From positions 868,001-932,000 of the forward strand of contig CDRNVI010000030.1 of assembly GCA_977017575.1 (NCBI GenBank): a stretch of 64,000 bases of DNA. The letters are read 5' to 3'. Both the position numbers and the translations under genes were made by a program. The stretch is from Paramoeba atlantica (taxonomy: Eukaryota > Protista > Discosea). Within the stretch, counting starts at the first letter, position 1. Each line of letters starts with the position of its first letter. This document shows positions 10,110 through 19,173 of the stretch, piece by piece. Under the pieces are notes generated by a model. It worked only from the letters and a program-made list of their open reading frames with translations. It was not told the DNA's origin and ran no database searches.

Positions 10110-11325
10110 GGTGGGATTGAACGAATAATGTACACTTTTTTTAAATAATTTTAAATTTTTATGAAATCCTTTTTTGTGTTTCCTAGGGTGATATGTATGA
10201 ATTTTTTTGGATTATTAGTCAATTTTTATCTTAAAATTACGGCTAGTATTGCTTCTCTAAGGTTTCAATGAACTGCACAGGTTGCCCTCGTTTTGATTGC
10301 GCTGCTCAAATTCGCTTGACTTCAGTCGGCTCTGCCACAGAGGAAACGTGTATGTTGTGGATGCGAAACCACAAACTCACTGTACAAAGCGTTTCCTGCG
10401 AGCGTGGGCATGAGCGGGTATTGTGTAATCTGAAGGGAGGCAAGTTCCACTGCCCAGTACGCTCCTGTCGCAATTTGATGTCACAGGACGGTCCTCTCAA
10501 GCACTCAAAGACAAAGGTGTCCGCAAAGCAGATTCTAATTGGGATCGTTTCCTTTTCTTATAGCATGCTGGGAACAGAAGTTGCAAAGGAAGAAGAAGTC
10601 TCTCAAAGAACTGTAGTTTTGCAACGCCAAATTATCGAAAAATCATTGTCTGAGGTTCATAAAATCCGTCAGCGGAACGCCGAGGGAACAGTATCCTTTA
10701 TGCAAGTCGATGAGACGTGGTTCTCAAAGATCAGGCGAGGGGGAAACAAACGAAACCAGCGGGTACGCGCTGGTGGTAGCCAGATAGTTCAGACTCTGGC
10801 CGAATGTACTCGTGACAGCAAGCTGACAGAGATACATGTCACGCCTGTGCCTCAAAAAAGCGCAGAACACTTAATTCCCCCCATCGAGGCTATGTGTGCC
10901 TCCTCGCGTACGCGGATCCATACCGACGGGGCCAGGCACAACAATTTTCTTGAAGGAAAGTATCAATGGGATTCGGTTACCCACAGAAATGAGTGGATCA
11001 GTGATTCCGGTGTGCACACTAACACCGTAGAAGGAGCAAACAGCATGTTGAAGAGAACTTTGACGCGTTGTGGCGGCCAACTTGGTAGAAGCAATGAAAA
11101 CGGGCATGAGCGTGTGCGCGCCCTGGCAGAAAAATGTAACGGATCTCTGCGGGTGAATGGAGCAAGTGTTTTGAAGCGAGTTTTGGAGGATCTTCGCGTG
11201 TATTGTGCGCATTATGTTCTGCAGTAAGAAGCATTTTTTTTGTTAGATAATGATCGAAGGGAAAATATCGTCTTTTTAAAAATTCTGAAAACTGAAATTT
11301 TGTACATTATTCGTTCAATCCGACC
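10110..11325 (+). mobile_element. Complete Merlin (IS1595/ISXO2-like) DNA transposon
   Basis: 25-bp TIR GGTGGGATTGAACGAATAATGTACA / TGTACATTATTCGTTCAATCCGACC (1 mismatch); 8-bp TSD GATAAAAT at 10102-10109 and 11326-11333. Confidence 0.95.
10268..11227 (+). CDS. Merlin/ISXO2-like DDE transposase
   Basis: N-terminal Cys-rich zinc ribbon; VDETW, HTDG and HTNTVEG catalytic motifs; intact 319-aa ORF. Confidence 0.92.
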   Translation: MNCTGCPRFDCAAQIRLTSVGSATEETCMLWMRNHKLTVQSVSCERGHERVLCNLKGGKFHCPVRSCRNLMSQDGPLKHSKTKVSAKQILIGIVSFSYSMLGTEVAKEEEVSQRTVVLQRQIIEKSLSEVHKIRQRNAEGTVSFMQVDETWFSKIRRGGNKRNQRVRAGGSQIVQTLAECTRDSKLTEIHVTPVPQKSAEHLIPPIEAMCASSRTRIHTDGARHNNFLEGKYQWDSVTHRNEWISDSGVHTNTVEGANSMLKRTLTRCGGQLGRSNENGHERVRALAEKCNGSLRVNGASVLKRVLEDLRVYCAHYVLQ

Positions 11326-11459
11326 GATAAAATAATAAATGCGAATGTATACTGACCGTAAATACTACTATTCTACTGTACGTAATACTCTATGATGCGG
11401 TACTGAGTACGTTACGTATTTAGGTCCAAAGTGAATCTCATGTCCCAGTGGTGTATACG

Positions 11460-12749
11460 TTACTCTCTAGAATTGTCACGCACGAATGGCAAAATAGGAC
11501 TACAGAGTGACCCCAAAAATATTATGACCAAACTAATGAGGAGCTGTAGCGAGGTCTGACATGTTGAAGGGTATACATTTAGTGATGCCTCTATCAAAAC
11601 TACAGATGATAAGGACAAAATTATCATTTTAGGTGGACTGTGTAGTGATAAATAGAGAAGTTGATGAAAAAACCAACTGTAAAATTGGTAATGAAGACTC
11701 CTTGCAAAAATTACTCCAACAAGATGAAATTCAAAGAACATTCGAATTAGTTCAGACTTTGCACGTACGACTTTCGTCTGCTTTGACTTCCTCCTCAAAA
11801 TTCTACTCCATCGGTAGGTTAAACCTGCCCAAGCAACTAGCGTACAAATTATCAAGAAGAAATCCTTCCTTTGTGAATAAAACAAAGACTCAGACCAAAA
11901 TTGGCCATTGATGCTCCACTTTTGCTGGAAAGTGCGAGAAAAGTCAAATGCTTGAATAAAGTAAATTCTAGGTGATGTCAAAAGAAAAGGAGCAGCTAGT
12001 AAGAGTTGGACAATTCCCATTAGAAAAAGATTTAGAGTAACACCATAAAAGTGTTGATTCGACAAGAGTGTTAATAAAACAGCGGGAGCGTAAAGCAATG
12101 CACTCATTTTAATAGACAGGGCTAGGCTATAAAACAAGGACCCCAGTACCCATTGTCTCTTCGTCCACAATAAAATTGCGATGTAAATAAAAATGACGGA
12201 AAAAGGATCATTGAACATGCGCAAAAGATAAATGCTGTGCAAGCGACGCGAGCAAGAAAGAAGGATAACCGTGAAGGGAAGTATTACTGAAAGATAATTC
12301 GCTTTTCTTTTTATTGAATTCCTGTGTTGCAAAAGGCCTGTTGCATATAAATACCCTCGGGTGGAAAAGAGTTCCGCGTAGAGCGCGAGAACAATGCGGC
12401 ATGTAATCCAGTACAACACTGCGAATATGGTTTGAGCACAGCGAATATTTCTACCTTCATTAGTGATGTAATACATAGCTGTAAAAATGTAAATATGCCC
12501 CGCGGGATACACTGCGGGACCAGTGCTTCCCTTCAGTGAATCGTACTGAAAAGGATGTGACCCTTTTACAAAGGCTATAACCTGCTCCATGTACGTTCTC
12601 CAGTCAATCTCTGTGTAAGAAGCAAAGCTCAGAATAAATACGAGGAAAATTGCCTCCAAGAGGAGCACAGCCCGAGAGATGTTCCGAAATGCGTGCTTTG
12701 GTGTCATGAATGCGTCCCCTTTTGTGAGAATGCACGAGAGTAGGTGCAT
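11460..12749 (-). CDS. ALG3: Dol-P-Man alpha-1,3-mannosyltransferase
   Basis: YTEIDW..YMEQV, GSTGPAVYPAGH, RLHSIYLLRMFND, SIKMSALL, FARSLHYQFYSW. Confidence 0.95.
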   Translation of the reverse strand: MHLLSCILTKGDAFMTPKHAFRNISRAVLLLEAIFLVFILSFASYTEIDWRTYMEQVIAFVKGSHPFQYDSLKGSTGPAVYPAGHIYIFTAMYYITNEGRNIRCAQTIFAVLYWITCRIVLALYAELFSTRGYLYATGLLQHRNSIKRKANYLSVILPFTVILLSCSRRLHSIYLLRMFNDPFSVIFIYIAILLWTKRQWVLGSLFYSLALSIKMSALLYAPAVLLTLLSNQHFYGVTLNLFLMGIVQLLLAAPFLLTSPRIYFIQAFDFSRTFQQKWSINGQFWSESLFYSQRKDFFLIICTLVAWAGLTYRWSRILRRKSKQTKVVRAKSELIRMFFEFHLVGVIFARSLHYQFYSWFFHQLLYLSLHSPPKMIILSLSSVVLIEASLNVYPSTCQTSLQLLISLVIIFLGSLCSPILPFVRDNSRE

Positions 12750-13119
12750 AAACTCACGTTTGTATAAGCACGAAAGTGATGGAATGAATGCAATGTAGGA
12801 ATAAAATTCAGTAGAAAACTCTTTAGCACAAGGATGTTTAAATAACCTATCAATGTCAATAAAGGCTCAATTTATAATCGAATTTATGAAATCGAGCTAA
12901 AGCACATAGCTCAAGTACATTAGTAAAAACCAGTGATGCCATGTCTTCAATTGAAGTGATTTTCATTCGGGCACTTTAGACAAAGTCATTACATCGCGTC
13001 CTCAGTGTTTCTGACGAACCACCATTCCATAAGAATATCGCTGTCCTACAGTGGCGAAAATAAGTCTATAATAAATTAATTCTCAATAATTATGAACTAC
13101 TTTCACGAAAAGTAGTGGC

Positions 13120-13210
13120 AGATATCTAGGCGGCGTAGGGGTGTGAAAGCTCAAACGGAAATTTTGCTGAAAAGTTAAGGGGGGAGTGCCTTATTGGTGT
13201 CTAGGGGTTC
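13120..13210 (+). mobile_element. Solo right-end relic of the DD35E Tc1-like family
   Basis: GGGGGAGTGCCTTATTGGTGTCTAGGGGTTCA resembles the family TIR; upstream AGCTCAAACGGA matches the subterminal sequence of the 29708 and 50931 elements. Confidence 0.55.
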
Positions 13211-13217
13211 ATGCTCT

Positions 13218-15368
13218 TTAGACCAAATTTACTTTTCTGAGATTGTCCAAATAACTCTGAAACCATAGAGGAAGAGACAGTTCGAAGATGAGAGGACCCT
13301 CGATATCATCAGAGTGAGAAAAGCATAACTCTGAGGCGTGCAAGAAAATGTGTCCGATAGGGGCAACGGGAGTGGCCACCCCTGAACCACCGTACATGAT
13401 ATCTCCAAGTATCGGGATTCCAAGACCTGCGAGTTGAGCGCGTATTTGGTGTTTCTTTCCAGTGTCTAACTCACAACGAAGGAATAAGCAACTCGCCCGT
13501 GGAAACGTTTCTATAACATGATATCTTGCAAAAGCTGTGGATTCCTCAACATCCGTGGAAGACACTTGTATTCTTTGGCTTCTCTCGCCTGCAAATCCAT
13601 GCGTTGAATGAATGACTCCTGTCGTAGGAAACTGACTGGAAATGTTTTCATGACAAGTCGAAATTACATGTACATTACGATTTGCTTTGGAAAAACTCGC
13701 CTCCATTTGTATGCAAAGGCATAAATATGCACGACGGACTTGACACCTTAAAAATTGATTGCTCAAAGAATAGAAACTTTTAGGTTGCTTCGCAAGTATC
13801 ACCAATCCTGACGTGACGCCATCGATGCGATGCACTACTCCCCAACGAGGTAACAGCCGGATGTCAGACCGAAAGGATGCGATAATGTTCACCACAGACG
13901 GCTTTGATTGACCAATAAAATTTACAACGTCGAGCGCGTTGGGCTTCGCAAGGACCATAAGTTCAGAATCCTCGTAAATAATGGTGAGAGTCATTTCAAA
14001 ATCTTTTGAAAAACCCATAGATCGTCTATCTACGGCAGATTGGCGTCGTGAAAGAATAGCTTTACTTAGAAATGCCGAATTCTGCTTGTTGAACAAGCTT
14101 GGAGACTGAGACTCTTGCACATGTTTATTAGATTGAGAAATAACGCTCACGGCAATATGACAATGAAACTGTAGTAGGTCTCCCGAGGAAACTGAAACGT
14201 CATCTGCATGTGAACATCTTCGATCATTAACATAAAAATCCTGAAGTGCAGGCGGTGGAAAATTCAATTTTGACAGCAAAATGCTCTCTCCGGTGTCCAG
14301 TTTTATCATAAAACGTAACGTGACTATTGTGGCACTGTCCATGTCCAAGATGAAACCAGGAGTGAACACCTTACCCAGAATTTCAGCAATGTCCTTTGCT
14401 CGACACGAAAATGGCGTGCTCTGCATATACCTGGAGGCTTTCTTCACCAAACCACTACTAAGAAACATAGTAACTAGCTGATTAACTTGCATCTCATTTG
14501 TTTCATTAGACAATGCGTGAGCTAGAGCTGGCGCAACAGTGAAAAATCCAGGAAGATGAAAGAGCAGGGTAACAAGCTGCGACCATGATCGAACGTCTTT
14601 TACTGTGGCCTTTGTACGAGTTGATAGAAAAGCGAGCGCTTCATTCCATCGAACAGTTCTAGGAGTTCCGATCGATACATTTTGCATGTATTCACTTAAA
14701 AGCGGAGCAACGATATGCCACCGTCCCGATACAGGAGCAGCATTCGCTATGGCTGTGATTAATACTAAGGTAGACTTTAACCGCGTTCTATGAATACAAA
14801 ACGTAGTCCAAACATATCGGTACAACTGCGCATTTATCGACCTGATAAAATTCACATCTTGTGATACAGAAAAAGGTGAGGAACGTGAGGAGTGCCCAGT
14901 AGTGCATGTATATTTTACGGATACCTGTATTTTTTCTGTTAAACTAAACAAAGCTGTCCAAAAAAAGGGATCTTGAATAGCTATGCAGTGTGCGAAACGT
15001 TTGAGTGTGCCAAGCCAACTTCCTGGACAACATTGCAGCAACATAAGCAATGTATGCACGTTTCCTATCTTTGGCGAACGTTTTAAGACATTCTTTGCCA
15101 CAGTCCGCATCCCATTCCATTTGTCTGATTGGGGGCAATGAAGCCTTTTGATGCACGAAAGCAACGTGTTCAGAGAATAGGTTTGTGATACTAATGATGT
15201 AATAGAAGATATTGATGTGATAAAAAGTAATCCCTGAGAACGAGAGAATACATTTGCTTCTAGCTGCGAAACGCTCTTGATAATGGACTGACCAATCAGT
15301 CTTTCACATTTTACGCTTGAAGTACTATCTGTCAAGACTTGTAGGGCTGTTCGCCATGGTGTCCCCAT
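13218..15368 (-). CDS. RluA-family pseudouridine synthase with long N-terminal extension
   Basis: IIYED..LMVLAKP, VHRIDGVTSG (catalytic Asp), TGKKHQIR, PILGDIMYG, FLHA motifs in the C-terminal ~260 aa. Confidence 0.85.
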   Translation of the reverse strand: MGTPWRTALQVLTDSTSSVKCERLIGQSIIKSVSQLEANVFSRSQGLLFITSISSITSLVSQTYSLNTLLSCIKRLHCPQSDKWNGMRTVAKNVLKRSPKIGNVHTLLMLLQCCPGSWLGTLKRFAHCIAIQDPFFWTALFSLTEKIQVSVKYTCTTGHSSRSSPFSVSQDVNFIRSINAQLYRYVWTTFCIHRTRLKSTLVLITAIANAAPVSGRWHIVAPLLSEYMQNVSIGTPRTVRWNEALAFLSTRTKATVKDVRSWSQLVTLLFHLPGFFTVAPALAHALSNETNEMQVNQLVTMFLSSGLVKKASRYMQSTPFSCRAKDIAEILGKVFTPGFILDMDSATIVTLRFMIKLDTGESILLSKLNFPPPALQDFYVNDRRCSHADDVSVSSGDLLQFHCHIAVSVISQSNKHVQESQSPSLFNKQNSAFLSKAILSRRQSAVDRRSMGFSKDFEMTLTIIYEDSELMVLAKPNALDVVNFIGQSKPSVVNIIASFRSDIRLLPRWGVVHRIDGVTSGLVILAKQPKSFYSLSNQFLRCQVRRAYLCLCIQMEASFSKANRNVHVISTCHENISSQFPTTGVIHSTHGFAGERSQRIQVSSTDVEESTAFARYHVIETFPRASCLFLRCELDTGKKHQIRAQLAGLGIPILGDIMYGGSGVATPVAPIGHIFLHASELCFSHSDDIEGPLIFELSLPLWFQSYLDNLRKVNLV

Positions 15369-15812
15369 TTCTCTAAGCCCATTTAACGGACGCGATTAAC
15401 CTTTTATGCACCACTCAGCAGCACTGCATTATACATGTACCACAAGAACAGAATGCTTTCACACGTCGATCAAGGAGTTATCTATTAGATTGCCAAAAAT
15501 GTAGAAATAACTTTATAACGCCTAGCAAAACACTACAGCGCAGAAATAATTCATAGCAGGAATAACTTATATGGCTAAACAACTTTGTTTCTCTTTAGGT
15601 AAGTAGTATGTTAAATATAATATTTTAGCCATGGGCTACTCTGAATAGTTTGGAGGCGCTCAGTACTACATATTGGTATCCTATACGTTTGTATAATGTG
15701 CCTCACTTAGTAAATAGTAAAAAGGAATCTATCCATAATAGTTCCTTGAATTCTGTTATACACACGCGACGTGTGGTTCTAAATAAATTCACAAATATGA
15801 TTTCACCTAAAA

Positions 15813-16253
15813 TCAGCGCTTGCAACATCGATAAATAGCTACACTTACTGCGAAAAATGCGCATAAAATGCATGCTCTCCTAATAAATACCTTTTGACGT
15901 ATCTGCTTTTCTTTACCTTTATCACTTGGTTCTTCTGATTCGTGTATTGGCCCCTTCGTGATTCGGTCGTCCTTTTTAGTGCTATCTAAATCGCTTTTTC
16001 CTTCCCCGCTAATCAAGTTTCCTACGCAGTATTGTTCCATGTGTTTCATGGCATCCGAACTATGACCAACATAATCAAACTCAGCAGTGGCATCTTCTCC
16101 AGCAGTTTCAAGCAGAGGGTCTCGGCCTCCCGGATGACCATCCAAAAACGAAGTTACGTCGTAGACCTTGTTGTGAACTGCAAAAACAACCTTTTCATTT
16201 TTGCCATTCAAGGCCTTGACATCTAGCAGCGTATAGTTGGTGGACGAAGTCAT
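15813..16253 (-). CDS. CYB5: Cytochrome b5, tail-anchored
   Basis: VYDVTSFLDGHPGG, AGEDAT.EF...GHS heme motifs; C-terminal TM followed by basic tail. Confidence 0.93.
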   Translation of the reverse strand: MTSSTNYTLLDVKALNGKNEKVVFAVHNKVYDVTSFLDGHPGGRDPLLETAGEDATAEFDYVGHSSDAMKHMEQYCVGNLISGEGKSDLDSTKKDDRITKGPIHESEEPSDKGKEKQIRQKVFIRRACILCAFFAVSVAIYRCCKR

Positions 16254-16493
16254 GAGGAAGAATGCAAAATAATCTGAAAAGCATATTAATTCTCTATTGA
16301 AGGAGTAAGATTTGTCAAAAATAACACACCACCTCTAAATTATCTGCAAAAATATCAGCGAAAACTACATTTGCGACAAAAAAATCCTGCGCTACTCATT
16401 TTAGACCCCCCGCAAATTGAATGCTCAAGTATATCCTGAAAGAATAAAATATGGATTCGTATTTTTAAAATTCAAAATTTAAGCACCAAATCA

Positions 16494-17306
16494 CTATAAT
16501 AATGATTGAACGTCCCAATAAACTCCACGAAGAAAAATCCCAGGAGGGGTGTATCCCGTAAAATTATTTTTGCCAAGGTAAACTTTTAGAAGACGTGGGT
16601 CCCGCCGTCTTCCACCCATACGTTTTACAGGGGGCGGCGATGGACCGTACTCGCTAAGATTCTCTCCGTTCCTTTCATGCATCCAACTGAGATCCACGGT
16701 TCCACAAAAATTATTGCACTGTAGGTCGAGTCGACGCAGCGGTTTTGGGAGGTTACCGGTCAATTCAATATTACCAGTCAATAGATTCGATGAAAGATCG
16801 AGGAAACTCATGTTTAAGGGTAATGTGTTGAGATCAACAGTCCCATCGAATTGATTATCCGACAAACTCAGATAGTTCATATCAGGGGGAAGCGAGCTTA
16901 ACACAATGGGCCCGATGTGTTGGTTGCTTTGTATATCCAAACTTTGCAATTCTGAGGGGAGATATGCAAGATCAATACCACCTCTGAGCTTTTGATCAGC
17001 CGCACGTACAAGTTGTACGGTTTGGGGAAGATGAACCCACGAAAGATTACCTTCCATAGTATAGTGAGGCAGATAACTCTATTCCAGATAGCGCACTATT
17101 TGATTCTCATCACATGCCGTTCCTTTCCACGTACAGGGTGAAACGTTCAGAGTGCGGAAGAAGCTACGTTTTGTCAATCGCCATGTTGGGTGGCGACTCT
17201 TCAAGTTTTCCGTGAATTGCCATAGCGCAGCCTCTTGCGGAAGGAGAGATGCATCGACACGTCCCCGGCGTAGATCAGAGCCATCATCAAGACTTCTTAC
17301 AAACAT
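16494..17306 (-). pseudogene. LRR family gene interrupted by an in-frame TAG; tandem paralogue of 17540..18334
   Basis: ORFs 17079..17306 and 16494..17057 are one frame: IVRYLE*SYLPHYTMEGNL versus the paralogue IVRILSWCYLPHYTMEGNL (TGG to TAG). Confidence 0.85.
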
Positions 17307-17539
17307 GTAAGAACAATAAGGAAAGTCAAAAGATTACGGTTATAATAGTAGATTACGGGTTAGAATTTACATAATACGTTGATGTCTATGATAATATTAG
17401 CTTCTATTACTGTTGGATTTATGCTACGTTTAGTTAACAAAAAGAACGTGTGCGTCAGAATGAGATTTGTATGAAAGTGTAATTTGATTGATGAATAAAA
17501 GGATCACCTAAAGACCAATCAAATTCGATTTTATAAATT

Positions 17540-18334
17540 TTAAAAAAGTACTCCACGAGGCACATCCCCAGAAGGGACATGCTCTGTAAAATTATTATTT
17601 CCAAGATAAACCTTTAGAATACGTGGATCTTGACGAGAACCTCTTCTAATTTTCGCCCGACGCGGATATTGGCCGTACTTGCTAAGATCCCCTGAGTTCC
17701 TTTCGTGCATCCAACGGAGATCCACTGTTCCAAAAAATCTATTGTCTTGCAGACTGAGTCGACGAAGCGTTTTTGGGAGTACCTCCGTCAATTCGATTTT
17801 ACCAATCAACAAGTTCGACGAAAGATCGAGAAACTTCATATTTATGGGCAACGCGCTCAGATCAATAGTCCCATCGAATTGATTCTCCGACAAATTCAGT
17901 TCTTCCATATCTGGAGGAAGCGAGCTTAACACAATGGGCCCATCGAGATGGTTCTTTCGGACATCCAAACTTTGCAGCTCTGAGGGGAGAAATGCAAGAT
18001 CAATACCACCTCTGAGCTTTTGATCAGCAGCAGTTACACTTCGTACGGTTCGGGGAAGATGAACCCACGAAAGATTACCTTCCATGGTATAGTGAGGTAG
18101 ATAACACCAGCTCAGGATGCGTACTATTTGATTTTCATCACAAATTGTTCCTTTCCATGTGCAGGGCGAGACATTTAATGTGCGCAAGAAGCTACGTTCT
18201 GTCAATCGCCATGTTGGATGGCGACTTTTCAAATTTTCCGTGAATTGCCATAGCGCAACTTCTTGGGGAAGAAGAGATGCATCGACGCGCCCGCGGCGTA
18301 GATCAGTTTGATCGTCGAGACCGTGTATCAACAT
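17540..18334 (-). CDS. Leucine-rich repeat protein (same family)
   Basis: LPQE, CTWKGTIC cap, ~5 LRRs; high similarity to the adjacent copy. Confidence 0.85.
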   Translation of the reverse strand: MLIHGLDDQTDLRRGRVDASLLPQEVALWQFTENLKSRHPTWRLTERSFLRTLNVSPCTWKGTICDENQIVRILSWCYLPHYTMEGNLSWVHLPRTVRSVTAADQKLRGGIDLAFLPSELQSLDVRKNHLDGPIVLSSLPPDMEELNLSENQFDGTIDLSALPINMKFLDLSSNLLIGKIELTEVLPKTLRRLSLQDNRFFGTVDLRWMHERNSGDLSKYGQYPRRAKIRRGSRQDPRILKVYLGNNNFTEHVPSGDVPRGVLF

Positions 18335-18770
18335 TTTAAACTTTTAAATTAAATTAAATTAAATGTATTTATATGCGATAATTATACACATATCGCAAAA
18401 TTTTACAACATTTTTCCTATCTCCGTGAATCATAACATTTTCCCTTTCTTGTGAACGTATTCTACAAGCGAGAGTGAACGCATTCCACAATTTCTTTTTT
18501 CCCACAAGCGTTTCTACGAGATATTTTGAAAAGAAATGTGAAATAATTACTTCAAAAAAAAGAAAAGAAAGGAACACCTTGCTAGGGAGAATTTTTGAAC
18601 TACACTATCATTCTACTGAATGACATCCCGTACCATTAGAATAGAACCGCCTGCGCAGTTTGGGCATTGACTGGAGTATATAACCGTGTACCTCGATAGC
18701 TGCAAACAGCTCGATAGCTACATAGAACGTTATGTCTGGTTGCATAGAGAACATCTGGAGGAGGAAATTA

Positions 18771-19113
18771 CCGTATCCCCCTCCTCGAGAAATAGATTCG
18801 GCTTCGGGCCCGAATCTACGTTACTGGGGGGATTATTTTTTTCTGTTACTGTCCCTCCCGTTTAAGCGCACCTCATTTTCCGTGAAAAGTGCGCTTAAAC
18901 GGGGGGTCTGACCGGGTGCGCTTAAGGGGAGGGGGGACGGTATTTGTTTTTCGGCTTTTCAGAATGGAATGCTCTTACTAAATCTTCCATCCTCACCCGT
19001 CCAACCACCCCTGACCGCTCAGCCTCCACAGCCGTCCACTCTCCCGAGCCAAATCTCTGTTATTGGGGATCAGCCGAAAAAGGGTCAAATCTCTGTTACT
19101 GGGGGGTCTACGG
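18771..19113. mobile_element. TA-flanked MITE containing a nested 92-bp MITE
   Basis: TA|CCGTATCCCCC ... GGGGGGTCTACGG|TA; internal direct motif AATCT(CT/AC)GTTA(C/T)TGGGG three times. Confidence 0.7.
18849..18940. mobile_element. 92-bp mini-MITE (GTTTAAGCGCAC family)
   Basis: TA|CTGTCCCTCCCGTTTAAGCGCAC ... GTGCGCTTAAGGGGAGGGGGGACGG|TA; the same ends recur at 50235 and 54647. Confidence 0.8.
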
Positions 19114-19173
19114 TAAATGTTTTAATGTCCTCTCAAATTCAAATGTGGTTCACTAGGAAGAAATCAATGTGAA

